64,000 nt of DNA from Euglena gracilis (Eukaryota), in NCBI GenBank assembly GCA_039621445.1, contig CP154954.1:2914001-2978000 (forward strand), written 5' to 3'. The notes under the pieces are model-generated. The model had not been told where the DNA came from and searched no databases. It worked only from the letters and a program-made list of their open reading frames with translations. This document shows positions 13,601-27,512 of this stretch, piece after piece (position 1 is the first letter of the stretch; every line of letters begins with the position of its first letter). A program made the position numbers and the translations under genes.

Positions 13601-15028
13601 TATTATTTTTTCTCATCAAGGGGCCAAACCTTTTGCGACGGTCTGAAAATTTCCACCTTTTGCAGCTGGCCTTCGCTGATCTGTGGTGATTCGCTGTGCC
13701 CCGAAAAGCCACTCGGACAGCATTGAACAATGCCCAGTACAATGGAGAGGGCACCCCCCCCCCCCCCCCCCCCCCAAACCCCCACCAAAAAACCTGGCGG
13801 GGTGCCAGGTTACCAAAAACGATCATTTTTTTTTTTGCCCCCCCCCCCCCCCGTAGGTTATTCGGGCATTCACAGGGTCAAGGACCTGTGAATGTCCATG
13901 TTAATTTACCGGGATTTCATGCAGACTTGTCGTTGCAGATTGAGCCATTTCTTAAGGTTTTTGAGCTACTTGTGTGTGGGACCCGAAATTTGTAACATAT
14001 CAAGTGCCCTGGACGAGTTATGGCTTTGGCCTTTTTGTTAGCAAAGCTCGGGACTTAAAGGGACTCGTCTCACGTATCTCAAATTTGAAGCTGTGGCCGT
14101 TTTATGGTGTTTTTGAATCATCGGATTTATTCATTTATTCATTTTCCTTCTATTTTTTGAATTTTTGTTATTTTCCACCATCTTGGTGAAAATTGATTTA
14201 TTGCATGGTAAAAAGTGTGTTTACTGCAACTTTGAGGGGTTTTGAAGGAATGCCGCCCAACACTGTACTCTGGCCGTTTGCTTCTTTGCAGAAAGCAACC
14301 AATTTTAACCAAATTCTGGTCAAATTTTCTTAAGCAACGCCCTGCTGCATACCTTGTGCACTTTTTCTGTTGTTAGATTACAAAATCTTTGACAAGAGCG
14401 AGTTTTATTTTTTTCCAGCCGCCTGAAAAGTGGCTGGTCAGTAACAGATTTTCGCTTTTGGGGGTCCAAAAATGGGCCAAAATGGGTCAAAAATGGGGGA
14501 AATGGGTCGCAAAAGGGATCGTCAGGGCAAATTTGGGGTCGAAAAATCGATATTTTTTTTGCATAATTGGCAGTTTTTTTTTGGACATTTTTGCGCTTTC
14601 AATTTTGTGATACCCGTTTCGACCCCGGGTCGGGCTTAGCTCCAGCCCTGGCACCCCCAAGGGGGTAAGCCAACAGCCTTTTTCCAACCAGCCCAAGCTC
14701 TCCAGCCTCTGAGCTGGACCCCCCATGGGTCCTAAAGGAACGCCCTTGCATGCAGAAGCCACACCACATGCGTCGGTTAAAATAGCACATGTCTCAAACC
14801 ATTAATTTTATTTGGCATGGTTTTATTGAATCCACCGACGCACTGTGCAGAGGGTGAATGGGTTTCACGGAGTGCCACACTCCGTCAGAATCCCATGTCA
14901 GCATCCCCAATGTCGTAGATGGAGAACCTGTTCTATAACATTGCAGTGAAGGGGGGGGGACCTCACTACAACATTACGTCAAACCGGTGGAGAAGAAAAG
15001 CACGTTGCTGCCCAATGGTTGCCAAGAC

Positions 15029-15216
<188 letters not shown>

Positions 15217-18200
15217 TGCACTTAACTCAAAATACCTCCCCCCCCCCCCCCCCCCCCCCGCCTGCCCCTACCCAGTCGCTCCAATCTTGCGCTGCGCATT
15301 GTGTTCCATTGCACTGCACCCCAGCGATGCCACACCTGGAGCTGTGGTGTATGGCGGGCTTCCATTGTTGTGTTATGCTCTGCTGTTGTTCTGTGTTGTG
15401 TGCTGCGCCGTGCCCATCACACGTATGGGGTGGTACCAGCCAACAGTGCCTAGGCAGTGGTGTTGTTCGATGATTCAAACAGAGGTATGCGGATAGATGT
15501 TAAGATTAAAATTATTGACCGGTAAATAATTTGGTTTTCTATATTCTCAGAGAAAGGGCGGGCTTCAGCTTCTTTTCCGCATTTGCATTCATTTCACAGA
15601 TTCATGAGCTGCAAAATGGGCTGACTGTTGCCAGGCTTAAATCCAAAACGCAAAGCCATTTGTTTCTTGCCAGCTGACACACCCCGTATCAACTGCACTT
15701 TTCCCATTCCCAAAATGCCATTTTCTTTGTGGTTCAGTGCACATGACATGGCGTGTCCATGACCCCCCCCCCCCCCCCGTGTCAACCGCACTTTCCCCAT
15801 ATTTTGGCGTGTCAGGACGGGGGGGGGGGTAGGAGGGTGGTGTGGAATGGGTTCACCCAGTTAGTCTAACGTTTATGGTAGGGTTTAGGTTTGGTGTCAC
15901 CCTCCCCTCAAATGAACCCCCCAATATAAACCACCTGGGGGCTTTGTTTGGTGACCAAGTATGACCCCCATGCCGATAAGCATCGCAGAAGCGGCACAAG
16001 ACAGGAAAAACCCCCAAAATGCATTGTTTTTTTTTCGACAGTTTTTCACGTCCTTTTTGTGGATGTTTAGACGGAAAGGTTGATTGAACTACCCACGAAA
16101 GGAACGATCGATGGAATGCCACTGATTGATGGTAATTAGTCAGCTTAGCCTCCCTGGTGCCCTTTGGACGGTATGTCTGTGTTGAGCCCCCCCCCCCCCC
16201 GCCATTTCTGAATTTGGAGTGATCCAAGGTTTGCTCTACAACAAAGACGGAATACTGCTTTTCTAGTTTCCAGGAGAAGGTCCGAGAGGCACCCCGGAAG
16301 CACCAGGTTCCAGGCAGCTGAGGTGGGTGTTTCTCCCAAGTATGTTATTCGATGTTTTCGGTCGCTGTTTCCAAAGGCCATGTTGCGTTCATCCACCCTG
16401 GTGATGAATCAGATTCCAAACATCAAATGCTTCTTAACTTTGATGTATCTTTTTTAATTTGTATATTAAGAATTCATTACCTGAATACCATCCAGCGCAC
16501 AGACAACACAGGTGCAAGGGGTGCTGCACCCATGCACCGATGTGATGTGTCGGCACGAGATTCCCCATTTGTTTTGTGAGGTGTTGGTGCTCTAACAGGA
16601 AGAAATATCGACTGGTGGGCCGGGGGGGGGTCTAATGGGGAACATCCGGGACCACATCCCAAAAAGGTCAAACTGTTTCTTCCAGCGCTTGTATTCAAAA
16701 TGCTTTTCCCATTGACGAGATTTTGTCAGGAAGTGCAAAGATTTTTTTGGACGATTTGAGCAAAAAAATTCATGTCCCAAGACAAAAAGTAATGTGGTGT
16801 CAATTTAACCAGGTCACTATTTCGGGGGGGGTGTTCCCCACCCCCTGCTCCCCTTGAGTAGTGGAGGGCATGAACCCTGGACGGGATTTCAAGACCCCCA
16901 GGGAGGATTTTATTGGGAGCTTATACTTCATCAACCCGCTTAGCTGTGCATGTGGCATTCAACACCTCCCCACCTTGCTGAGGCTGGGTTCCACTGGGGG
17001 CTCGGTTGGTTACCCAACCGCAAATTTAGTTCCCTTACTGTACACAGAGAAGCCAAACTATCGGGCGGGTGGAATCCCTGGGTGCGATATGGGTCAATGC
17101 GCAGATTTTACAAGAGGCGTCCGAAGGACATTCGCAGAAACGGTTTTCTGCACACTGGCTGCCTGCTCTTTGGGAAGGCTTCTGGATTGATTGATGGTTG
17201 TATGACCTGAGGAGGTGCGGCGGTCCCTGTCTTGTGTTGTGCATTTTTTGAATTCTCTTCTTTTGTTGAGGGTTTGGGTTTGGGTTTGGTAACAATTCTT
17301 TCCCCTAGCAAAAAGGGGGCACGGGGTGCCAGCCCGTTGGTTTCCCTGGAGACCAGAGATCTCAGGCCTAACCACCCCTGCTCTTCCCCTGACAGGGTTC
17401 TCCGGCTAGCCTCCGCCACCGGCCCCCCCCCAAACCATATGGCCGCGCCGTTCAGCCTCATGCAGCAGCTCCCCGGTAAGTCCGACCTGTGGCTGCAGCT
17501 GCGGGGCTCCGAAGCTGCCCGAACCGCACCTAGGCCACATGATTATGGTACTACCCAAACCATGACGTTTCATCTCAACCGCCTCCCACCAGTTTTCTGT
17601 GCAAAAAGTCCATCTTTTTGAGCAAAATTCCCAACAAATATCCCCTGTTCCAACGTTGTCCCTTCCATCCAACTGTTCGAATTGTTGTCCCTTACGTATC
17701 TGTTGGAGTATTTGAGCATTCCAGGCGTGAGGGCAAAAAAAAACCCAAAAAACCAAAATCGGGAAGGTTTCATTTTGATTTTTCTGGGATTCCCACATCT
17801 GGAATTTTCTCCCCCACCCGAATTCCGCCTGAATCGTCCTTTGGTTGGTTATTGGACCTGTATGGATTTCTGTCGGCCCAAAAGAGGGACGTCTGTGCAG
17901 GGGAGGGGGGGGGGTTGTAAGTTGTGCCTCAGAGTTCTCCAGAAGGTCCTCATTATGCGCTCAGTTGTTGGCGATGGAAGGCAAATAAAAATGGAAAATG
18001 GTTTTTTTCTTTTCCTTCTTTTTTTTATCCCTTCCTGGCGTCTGGCCTTTGTTCTTTTCATTTGAGGGTGCCCCCCAAATTTGTCCCCACACCCAGTCTT
18101 GTATCCAATGTTGACCAAGCGCATAGGGGGGGGGTTGCTGATTTTGTTATGATGTTTGCAGAGCAACTGCTGCATGGTTTTGGCACCAAAGGGGGTTCCA

Positions 18201-19445
18201 GCCTCGCGACCCCCCCCCCCCTTGGCCCCATCATGAAGAGAATTTTAATTCTTGTCCAGCCCCTCCGAACGCCAGCTGGACTGCAATGTATTTTGCCTTC
18301 GAAGGTGCACGCATGGGTGAAAAAAAGGGTAAAATGGGTAAAAAATCGACTGCCTCCTTCAGAATTTGAATCAAAATCGATTTTTTGTGTAATTGCTGAT
18401 TTCCAGGCCTTTTATTTTTTTTTTGAGGTGTCCAGTTCGAGCCCAAGTCGGGCCACGTTTCAACCAGGAGACCTTATTTCCGGGGGTTGATCCAGCGGCC
18501 TGTATGAACCTTTTCCAGCCTCTTGAGCGGGACCCCCCCCCCCAGTGGGGGACGCACTGTTTGGGATGCTTTCTGGAGGTTCGAATCCTGTGGTCTGCCC
18601 CCACTCTCCATCTTGCAGGCTCATCACACTCACCTGGTGGGAGGGGGCATTGCTGGCGTAAATAGCAAGCGTGGGCACGCAACTGTCAGTGGAAACATTT
18701 GAATCGCTTGTGCCGGTGCATTCAAATTGGAAGCGATTCCCCCAAATAAGACCAAGGTCTACGTTGGGTCCGTTGTTTTTAAACCCTGGGGGGTGGGCTT
18801 ATTTTTGGGAGTCAACTTTTTGTAATTTTTGTTTGAAAAACCATCCTGCGGAAGGTCAGGCCTAAAAAGGGACAATTTTTGGCCTCGAGCCAAATTTTTC
18901 CAAAATTTCCTCAAAAGGTGCCAATTTTAATGCATTCAAAAAGTGCAGAAAAGAAAATATGTCAAAGAAATGGTTGCCCATTTTGGGGAATTCTCACCGT
19001 TTTTGAAGGCGCTTCCGAAAATCCCGAGAGCAGGGTAGTTTTTTTTTTTTGCTGAAAAGCTGCACCACGGGTGGATTTTTCGGGGGGCTAATTTTGGAGT
19101 GTCTTAATTTTTTTTTTGCAATGTGTTCGAAGAAACTGAGAAAGCCAAGTCGGGCTGTGGGCAGCGACTAACCTTGTGCTAGAAAGTTTGTTTACTTTTT
19201 GGGAAAAAGGCACTTCTTCAAAATTTGAATGCAAAATAGCCGAAAAGTTTGACATATCCCAGGGTGTTCCTGGTCTTTGTGCCGTCCACGCTTCCGGTCA
19301 TGGATCCCTCAAGACATCATTGCAACTGACTTTCAAATGACAAAAGGTGAGGGTGCTTCAGCTGGCTGGCAGGACCCACTGATTCTGAAGCCAACAAATG
19401 GGTTGGTTCTTCTGAGCTGCTGCAGCCAAAAGTGAGGGGCTGCGG

Positions 19446-20029
19446 CAGGGCAGAACGGGAATCGGCCGAACAGCCAGGGTGGTGGGTGGGGGGGGGGTCG
19501 TTCCCCCCCACCTCTTCCCGTATTTCCAGGAGCACCAATTTTTGGACCCGAAAAAGATTTTCCGGCGCCGGGTGTTTTTTTGACTCATTTTGGGACCCAT
19601 ATAGGGGGTCCCCCCCCAAACCCCCCAAAACCCCATTTTTTCACACCTTCCAAAAATTCAACATTTTCTCAAAAATGTTGATTTTGAGAGGTTTTTGAAG
19701 CAAAAAATGCCTTCGAAAGTCCAAAAAAATTTCAACGAGAAAAAATGTCAGTAAAATTTGACTGTGCCAAAATTTGTCCGCTTTTTTTGACCTTCGTTTT
19801 TTTCACCCCCCCCTAAAAACAACCAATTTTTAACCCTGAAATTTTTGAGATTTTTTTTTGCGAAAAAAAATGTGGGTTTCCATCAAAAAATCATGTGTTT
19901 TGGGTTCATTTTTCAAAAAAATTTCAAAGATTTTCCCGGCCAATCCCCGTTTTCCTGAAATCGGTGAAAGTGCTGTGGTGGGTGGGGGTTTCGACCCCCC
20001 CCCCCACCAGGCCTTCCCGTTCTGCCCTG
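19446..20029 (+). mobile_element. hAT-type MITE (584 bp)
   Basis: 15-bp perfect TIR CAGGGCAGAACGGGA...TCCCGTTCTGCCCTG; 8-bp TSD GGCTGCGG/GGTTGCGG (7/8). Confidence 0.88.
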
Positions 20030-21049
20030 GGTTGCGGGAAGCAAGCGTCCCCCTCCTCTTCTAAAACACTTTCGGTGCTTGCCTGAAACTTCTTTTTGCA
20101 AAGAAATTCAGGTGTGTCTTTTTATGTTTCAGACCAGGGCTGCACGCCGGGTCCGAATGATCGCACCGTTGTTTCGTTGGTGTGGGTGTCCCCTCCATGA
20201 AACCAAAGGGGGTTTCTGGACCCCCCACACTCGTGCGTTGGCCACCCGCTTAGGGACGAAAGACGCCTTTTTGTTGGCAGGGAGTTGGATTCTGTGTCTT
20301 TCAGAGGGCAGCGTGGTGCCCAGCACTGCACCCAAGTCCCGACCAATCCAAACAAAGAGGACCTCTTCCCCCTCGTCGTTTCCCCAACTCCCCTTACGGC
20401 TTTCAGTCCTTTCCTCCATTCTGGACCTTGGGGGGCCCGATATCAGCAGGCTAACTCGAAGTTTACATGGTCCGAGCCCCAGGGGGTGCAACTTGCATGT
20501 GGACTTGGCTTTTCTGAATCGGTTGACTACCAATCTCCCCACCCCCAGCTTAAGTCCATAGCCGCCAAAGTGGTTGAAATTACGAAAAAGAGGCCAAAAA
20601 CATCCAAAATGGCCATATACCCCTTTCTTGTGGCCAGGGGGCCGAAAAAAAATGAGGGAATCCATTTCCACTGACCCCGGGTGGAAAAAAAAACAAGCCA
20701 TCTATTCACACCGAACCCCTCTCCTCCGCTGCCGTCCCTCAAACATTTCAGAGACAACCAGGGCTTTGGCGCCACACCAGCCACGGACAGTCTGCCGCGG
20801 CTCCGTCACGACGATTTAGTTTCTCCGAGGACTTTGGCGTGCTTGTCTGGATTCCTTTGGTACTGTCCACTTTCCGCAAACGGACGGGGGGTTTGGATGG
20901 CTTATCGAAATCTCTGTCATTTTAGGAATAGGGGTTAGAGTTGCAATTGTCGTTCAGAAGAGGGCCAAAGTTAAATTTGGCCAAATTGGCTCTAAATTTA
21001 GCTGAATTAGGCCTAATTTTTGTCGAATTTTAGTCTTAACGGGATGAAT

Positions 21050-21122
21050 CCTAACCCTAACCTTCCTAACCCTGACACTGACCCCATCCCGAACCAATAA
21101 CCCAAAACCCTAACCCTAAACC
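21050..21122 (+). repeat. Degenerate interstitial (CCCTAA)n telomere-like tract
   Basis: CCTAACCCTAACCTTCCTAACCCTGA...AAACCCTAACCCTAAACC. Confidence 0.6.
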
Positions 21123-21908
21123 TGGAGTTGGGATGCCAGTAGGTATTGCACATTTGTCCTGGATCTCCAGTGGGGAGTTCAAAAACACAGAGAATGTGGC
21201 TTCGGGCTCTCTTGTTGACGCAGGGACGGTCCGACCCTCCCCCTGCTTTTTCAAACCCCATCCCTGGGAGTGTGAAGCAGAGCACGTTCATACGGTCTGC
21301 AGCACACAGACAAGAGTATTCAGCACACAGTCAGCAGTCATAGATAGACAGTCATAGATCGTGGCTGGCTGGTTTTCCGAAAGAGAGTGGCTGACTGGTT
21401 TTTAAAAAAGTGGAGTGACCCCCCCTCCCCCCCGGGGGTCGGTAAAAAATTGTTTGGTGGGTATCACAAGTTCACAATTTAAGAGTCGCAAGAACCTGTT
21501 GTACAGAGAAAATCCTGTGAAATATTGCTGTGGTAGGAACCGCGTTCCCCTGGAAAGCATAGAATATGAAAGCATTCTTGCCGCCGTTCAGACAAGAGCG
21601 TCCGAACCACTTGCACCCTCCCCAAAGCCATTCTTGCTCAAAATGGACTTTGATTTTGTTTCAAGTTCACCGCGGTGCCCGAAAATTCCAAGAGCTCTCG
21701 ACTGGCCCATCCCTAAGGACCGTCCCCTTGTCTGACACAAGTGCCCTTGACACCCCCCCCCCCCCGTGTCAACGCACATTCCTGGAACATTTCTGTGCCT
21801 TGGGGGTTAGCAGCCTTGCTGCCTTCGGAGGACAGGACTGCCAGCTCCCTCCCCTCCCCAGAGCCGACACACCCTGGGGTGCTGGACTGCTGCCCGCCGC
21901 AATGGGCG

Positions 21909-22145
21909 CAGGGAATTTCTTAAGCTGGACCCCACCCTATCCCGGGGGGGGGGGCGTCCGGTTTAGCTGGCCGGTCAGCCAGCCAGCCAGCCAGCCAGTC
22001 AGCCAGCCGGTTACCACTCGACCCCCCTCCCCTGGGGGGGGGGGGAGTGGTAATAAAGTAAAACAAAGTAATGAGGGGGTCCAGCCAGCATTTTTTTCCA
22101 GCCAGCCATTTGGACCCCGCGAGGGGGTTCTCAAGAAATTCGCTG
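21909..22145 (+). mobile_element. hAT-type MITE (237 bp) with (CAGC)n internal repeats
   Basis: TIR CAGGGAATTTCTTAAG...CTCAAGAAATTCGCTG; TSD AATGGGCG/AATGGGCC; absent from the paralogous position near 7660. Confidence 0.82.
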
Positions 22146-22412
22146 AATGGGCCCCCTCCGAGGGCACCCAGGCTAACTGCGCTGCGTTCCCATCGGCTCC
22201 ACTCGCCCGCCGATCCCTGCTTCATGTGGTCGGACATGGGAACATGCAAGGTTGCTTATTCCTGCCTCCCCTCCTGACTGCCTTTTTTTTGAACCCTCAT
22301 CCCTTCTCTTGGCCTCTTTGTCTGGTTTCTTTTTGGGGGCATGGCCTTTGGATTTTTGTCCCAAATCTGGTGGTTTACCCTTTGTACCTGCCCAGGGAGA
22401 ACCCCACCAAAC

Positions 22413-22715
22413 CAGGCTTGTGCTTAGTCGGGTGCCTACCCCACGGGGGAGTGGGTGGGTGCTAGGGGCAGGCACCCCATGGCACCCGATCCGACCCCCC
22501 CCCCCCAGGGGGGTTAGGGTTTTGGGGGGTGCCTGCCCCTAGCAGGCAACCCCCCTCTGACCCCGGCGCCGAAGGTGCTGGGGGCCTGGGAAAGGCCATT
22601 TTCAATGAAGATTTTCTGGCCCCCCCGGACCCCCCCCCCCCGGGGGGTGCCTGCTAGGGGCAGGCACTCTATAGCACCCACCCACCCTCCCCCCTGGTCG
22701 GTAAGCACAAGCATG
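22413..22715 (+). mobile_element. hAT-type MITE (303 bp)
   Basis: TIR CAGGCTTGTGCTTA...TAAGCACAAGCATG; TSD CACCAAAC/CACCAAAT; paralog near 7979 (CACCAAGCACCTATG) lacks it. Confidence 0.82.
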
Positions 22716-25481
22716 CACCAAATACCTGTGGCATGACTGGGCGTAAGCACCAATTTGCTAGGCAACTGTATGGATGGGATTGGATCTCGGGCAGAGCACA
22801 GCATTGCTGTAGCTGCAACTGACGTGGTCCTCTCCCACGCACCCCTGTTGCATCACGTACGTGGCGGCCAGGCAGATGCTCTGAAAGATGGGGAACTGAT
22901 GTCGCAGTGAGGGTCTGCCTGCCCCTGATCCCCCTCAGATGGGTCCCAGCCTGCCTCCCCCTGTGTCACCCGGAAGTAAGCCAGCCTACCATACGGTGCA
23001 CAATCCGTACTCTTTTGAAGGTCCTTGGGCCATATACCGGAGGGTTTTCAAACTACTTGCAGAGTAACGGAGGCATTGTTAAAAGAAGGAATGGATTCAT
23101 TTCCTGAATCACCATTTCAATCTGTGTTCCTTTAATTTACTGATTCATAGGATTTTTGTCACCCAATGAATTGGGTTTTGTCTGCCAGAACTGCACATCC
23201 CTGTTACACATTGAGGACCACAGCACCTCCTCATGTCAAGGAAACTGCCTTTTTTTGTATCCCCGCCAGAATTAAGTGCCAATGGCTCTTCCTCGTTTCC
23301 TAACCGCCCAGGGACCCTTGCGATGGCCCTCAATACGTGGTCCAAGCGACCTCGTGATTGAGTCCAAGGACCAACAGCCTGCGCAATCATCTTCCTCTTG
23401 TGGAGGCCATGGTTTTTGGGTGATCAAACCGCAGTGAGAAAAACATTACCATGGTATCGTGCCGTTGAAACAGCGGTTGTTGAGACCCCCCCTGTCAAGG
23501 GCACTTTCCTTGAACACTTGGCTTGTCTTGGACAAGAGGGGGAGGGTACCTGTTAAGTGCTGAGTTTAAACTATCGAGTGTATTTTTCACTGGTCCTTGA
23601 GGGGGGGGGGGTCCCACAATTATCAGCATTTTGACCAATTGTTTGGAATCGTGTTTTTGCGTCCGAAAGCCTCCTGGTGCACCAGGTTGGTGGACACCCA
23701 GCCTTTTGACCTCAAAGCTCTGGTCACTTGCAAAAAAAAGTCCCACATCATCTTAAGCATCTATCGTGGCTTATTGTGCTTGGGAGTGGGGTGCACTTTC
23801 GCAAAAAGTCATACCAGAGGTGGGAATTTGGGGTTGAAGAAAAGATTGGATGAGCAAAAAAATGGCCTTAAAAAGGATGGGTGGTGTTGGCCAAAGTCGC
23901 AATCATACTCGGAGACCAGAACGCTCTGAAAAAAGGGGATAGAATTTTTTTTAAAAAAAAATGTGGAAGACAAGCTGTGTGGTTATCTCCAGCGTGCCCA
24001 TAAATTCTCATACCCACGTCCACAGAGAACTTTCATCCCCTGAAAAAAGAAATGGGGAAAAAGAATGGCACCCCACATTCCACAGAACCATGCCGAAGAA
24101 CCTCAGAGTTGCGAGTACCGGTGGAGCACTTGGACAGGCATTTGCGACTGCTTAGAACTGAGTAGCACCACCTCAAAGTGAGGTCATGCCAAACCCCAGG
24201 GTTTACCCCCAGCTCCCTCGAAAGAAACCCATCAAGTCCCTACAAGCACATCAACCTGCCAATTCTTGCTCGCAGTTAGAAAACACTCTGACTGCACAAC
24301 ATCCGACCTGCAACTGGTGCGCGTGCTCAATGGGGTTAAAATCAGAGCCTGTTTTTTTTCTTTCAAGTGGAGTGTTCGCAGTGGATGGGGTCACCAATTT
24401 CACCAAGATTTCACTTGTGAGAAGGCCAATAAAATACGCCCAAACGCGATCCATTTCGACAATTTTATGTCTCTGCATCTGTATCTGTATCACTCGATGC
24501 CAAACCATATTTCTGCAATCCCGCAGCGGTGCAACCTGGAGTAAGCAGTTGCAATTGCCCGACAAAGCACCAATCCACCAGGCGCAACTCTGAGATGGGA
24601 TTTGGGCTGGTTCTGTGGAATGTGCGGGGCCATCATCGCACATACCTGGGAAAACGTCCCCTGTGCCAACCCTGAACCGCCTTCAAAGGAACCTGCCACC
24701 TACCTTGTAAACCAGGTTTTGTGCTGAGCTCTTCATATGTCTGATGGTGCCATGCTGCAGCAGACGTTTGAGGCTTGTGGCAGCCAGGGCGGCCCAGCCT
24801 GGCCCCAGGGTTGTATGGGAAGCTCTGCAGACACGAGGAAGGTGATAGGGGGGAGTCGCTGAGCTATTATCCCTTTATGGGTAAGAGCGAAGCTTACCCC
24901 TGGGGATATGGGGGGGTTCAACCCCCCCCCCCCCCCCCCCCGAGTCGGGGCCACCTCAGGAACTGGCGGATTATCACCATGATCCCAGCTCCGTTCCCGG
25001 AATTTTTTTTCCAGTCACGACTGGATTTCTAGTTTCCAAATCACCTCCGTTTGACCCCCAACTCCCCGCCAGGCCCAAGTTATTCAGCCGCGAAGGGGTC
25101 CAAACTGGGTAGGATTGGCCCGCGCCGCCCCCTCTTCCGACTCTGCCATTTCGCCAGGGTCCAAAAATGGGTCACCCGTCGGTCAAAAATTCGATTTTTC
25201 GAAAATATCTCGAGAAAGCGTACATTATTTCCGGAAATGCGGTCTGACGAAATGTACCCCCGGAGGCCCTCCATCGCCCCCCCCCCCCTTCACCGTTTTG
25301 GCCGCCGACACGCCTGGCCCGTGTTCCGGCACGCTTTTGCGGCGGCCCAAAATGGCCATTTTGGGTGTTTTTTTTGTGCCGTTTTTTTGGTCAAAAATCG
25401 ATTTTTCCAAATTATCTCGACAATGAAGAAAAATCAAAGAAAATGTCCGCAGAGTAAAAATGAAGCCCTTGGAATTCCCTA

Positions 25482-25937
25482 ACCCCCCCCAAAATAAGAC
25501 CCGGGTCTTATTTTTGGGTCCGTTGCTGGAAGCCTCCAGGGGGGGTCTTATTTTGGGTTGGGTCTTATTTTTGGATTTTTTCTTGACCGACCCGGGTCCG
25601 AAAAAAACACCATTTTTTAGGTTCCCAAGAGGACTAAAATTTCTCTTTCGGCGCCTCGCGCCATGTGAAAATTGGTGTAAATTGACATTTACCGTGTTTT
25701 TTGAACTTCAAAAATCCGAAAATTTTTGAAATTTCATCATTTTTGTGTATGAAATTGGGTTTTTTGGTCATTTTTCAGGGGAAAAGTTCACCGTCCCCGG
25801 CGCTTCGCGCCGTAAAGGGGGGTCTTATTTATTGGGGGGGGGTCTTATTTTTTGGATTTTTGCTCGATCGGCCCAGGGGCGGTCTTATTTTTTGGGGGGG
25901 TCTTATTTTTTGGGGGGTCTTATTTTGGGGGGGGGTT
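25482..25937 (+). mobile_element. TA-flanked MITE (Tc1/mariner/pogo-type) with AAATAAGACC / GGTCTTATTTT repeats
   Basis: Ends ACCCCCCCCAAAATAAGACC...GGTCTTATTTTGGGGGGGGGTT, flanked by TA on both sides. The local paralog at ~26130-26155 (GGAATGCCC-TA-TCTAA) shows the empty site. A related decayed copy lies at ~18740-19110. Confidence 0.78.
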
Positions 25938-26398
25938 TATCCAACCGTGTTTTTTTCTTTTTCCCCCCAACTCTTCGTGTAGCCGTAGAGTTACGGCATT
26001 TTTTTTCGGCCAATTTCGGCTCATTTCTGGGCCATTTTGGGCTTTTTTGGGGGGCCAAAAAAATCGATGTTTCCAAAATATCTCGGAAATGAAGCGAAAT
26101 CAGAGGAAATGTCCAGAGACCTAAATTGAAGCCCGTGGAATGCCCTATCTAATGGTATTTTGATCTCCCGATATCTTCCTGCCAAACCCCGAGATGTGGC
26201 TGATTTATGGCATAAAACAGCATGGCAGGCTTCCGATTCTGCCGTTTTCGGCCATTTTTCGGGGAAAAAAATCAAAAAAATTTCCCCAAACAATCATTTT
26301 GGGCTTTCCAGACCGGCTGCCTGTTGCTGCTTCATTTTTCCTTCTGGGGGTGGTAAAAGGCATGGTTTGGTAGTTGGGCCCAATGGGGGGGGTATAAG

Positions 26399-26768
26399 CA
26401 GGGGGGGGGGAATGCAACTTGCATAACTTGCATTCCCATTTTTTGCATAATCAGGTTTTCCCGAAATTTGCATTTTTATGCTTTTTTTTTGCATTTTTTG
26501 CATAAAATATTTTGCCCTGGAAAAAAATTTTGTAGTTGGTTGGCATATGTTTGGATTTTTTTGCATTTTTTTGCGTTTTTTTGCATAAAATATTTTGCCC
26601 TGGAAATTTTTTTGATTTTAGGCACAAAGCTCTGTCATATTCCAGCCTTTTCTCAAGGTTTTCATGCAAGTTGCATTTTTTTGCATTTTTTTGCATTTTT
26701 TTTTGCATTTTTTTGCATTTTTTTTTGACTTGCATAATTTGCAGGGCCAAGTTGCATTTCCCCCCCTG
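26399..26768 (+). mobile_element. Non-autonomous MITE (370 bp) of the CGGBP-like hAT family
   Basis: TIR CAGGGGGGGG(G)AATGCAACTTG...CAAGTTGCATTTCCCCCCCTG and TTTTGCA subterminal repeats match the ends of 39378-41564; perfect 7-bp TSD GTATAAG (26392-26398, 26769-26775). Confidence 0.92.
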
Positions 26769-26994
26769 GTATAAGTGGGGGGGTTATGGGATGGGGCAGG
26801 CAGACCTGTACCTATATTTTTTGAAATTTTTCACATTCTTGTTGAAAAATCACATTTCCCGAGTCGAAAAAAAAATGCTTGCATTTCTGTGGCTGCTGAT
26901 CGCAAATGTGTGGAAAAACCACATTTTCGAATTTTTTGTGTTGGCTACCCGGACTAGCACTGCACCTTTGACCTATCTTTATAGGGTATATAAA

Positions 26995-27252
26995 GATATA
27001 TATGTATGTTCTATGTACTATATATATATTCTCTCTATATATATATCTATATATATATATATATTAATATAATATATATACTCCTAATATATATATATCT
27101 CATATTCTCTATCTATATCTTCTCTTCTCTCTAGCTATTACTCCTCGCTCTAGCTCTCTCTCCGTCTCTCTATCTCTTAATCCTCATCTATCTCTCTCTC
27201 TCTCTCTCATTCTCTCTCTATCTCCTCATCCTCGCTTCTCTCTTCTTCCTCT
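26995..27252. repeat. Noisy (TA)n/(CT)n low-complexity tract
   Basis: Direct reading. The irregularity suggests poor consensus quality. Confidence 0.85.
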
Positions 27253-27512
27253 GGCAGCTCCTCAACTATCGGAGGGCCCCCCCCCCAAAATCGTTTTTTA
27301 TTTGCGTTAATGGATGTAATAGGGTTAGGTGCGCGACTTAGGCTTAGGGTTAGGCCTAACTTGTACACCTAACACCCGCCTATAAGTTAGGCCTAACCCT
27401 AAGCCTAAGTCGCGCACCTAACCCTATTCCATCATTAACGCAAAAAAAATTATCTTGACCCCCACTCCCCACTTAATGGCCCCCCTCCCTGGGGGGCCAT
27501 TAAGTGGGGAGC

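Larger units (their letters stand above)
17385..23520 (-). pseudogene. Decayed multi-segment gene, copy 2 (paralog of 5690-9078), interrupted by MITEs
   Basis: 17390-17545 matches 5700-5850; 18597-18730 matches 6390-6535; 20320-20400 matches 7295-7375; 22860-23015 matches 8165-8325; 23290-23360 (HVLRAIARVPG) matches 8625-8700. Confidence 0.6.

Noticed and set aside
16145-16400. Possible fourth DNF-family fragment (DLLLETRKAVFRLCC)
   Set aside because: Similarity is too weak to support by eye.
21566-22465. 299-aa plus-strand ORF
   Set aside because: Runs through a MITE and homopolymer tracts, with no motif and no counterpart in the paralogous block.
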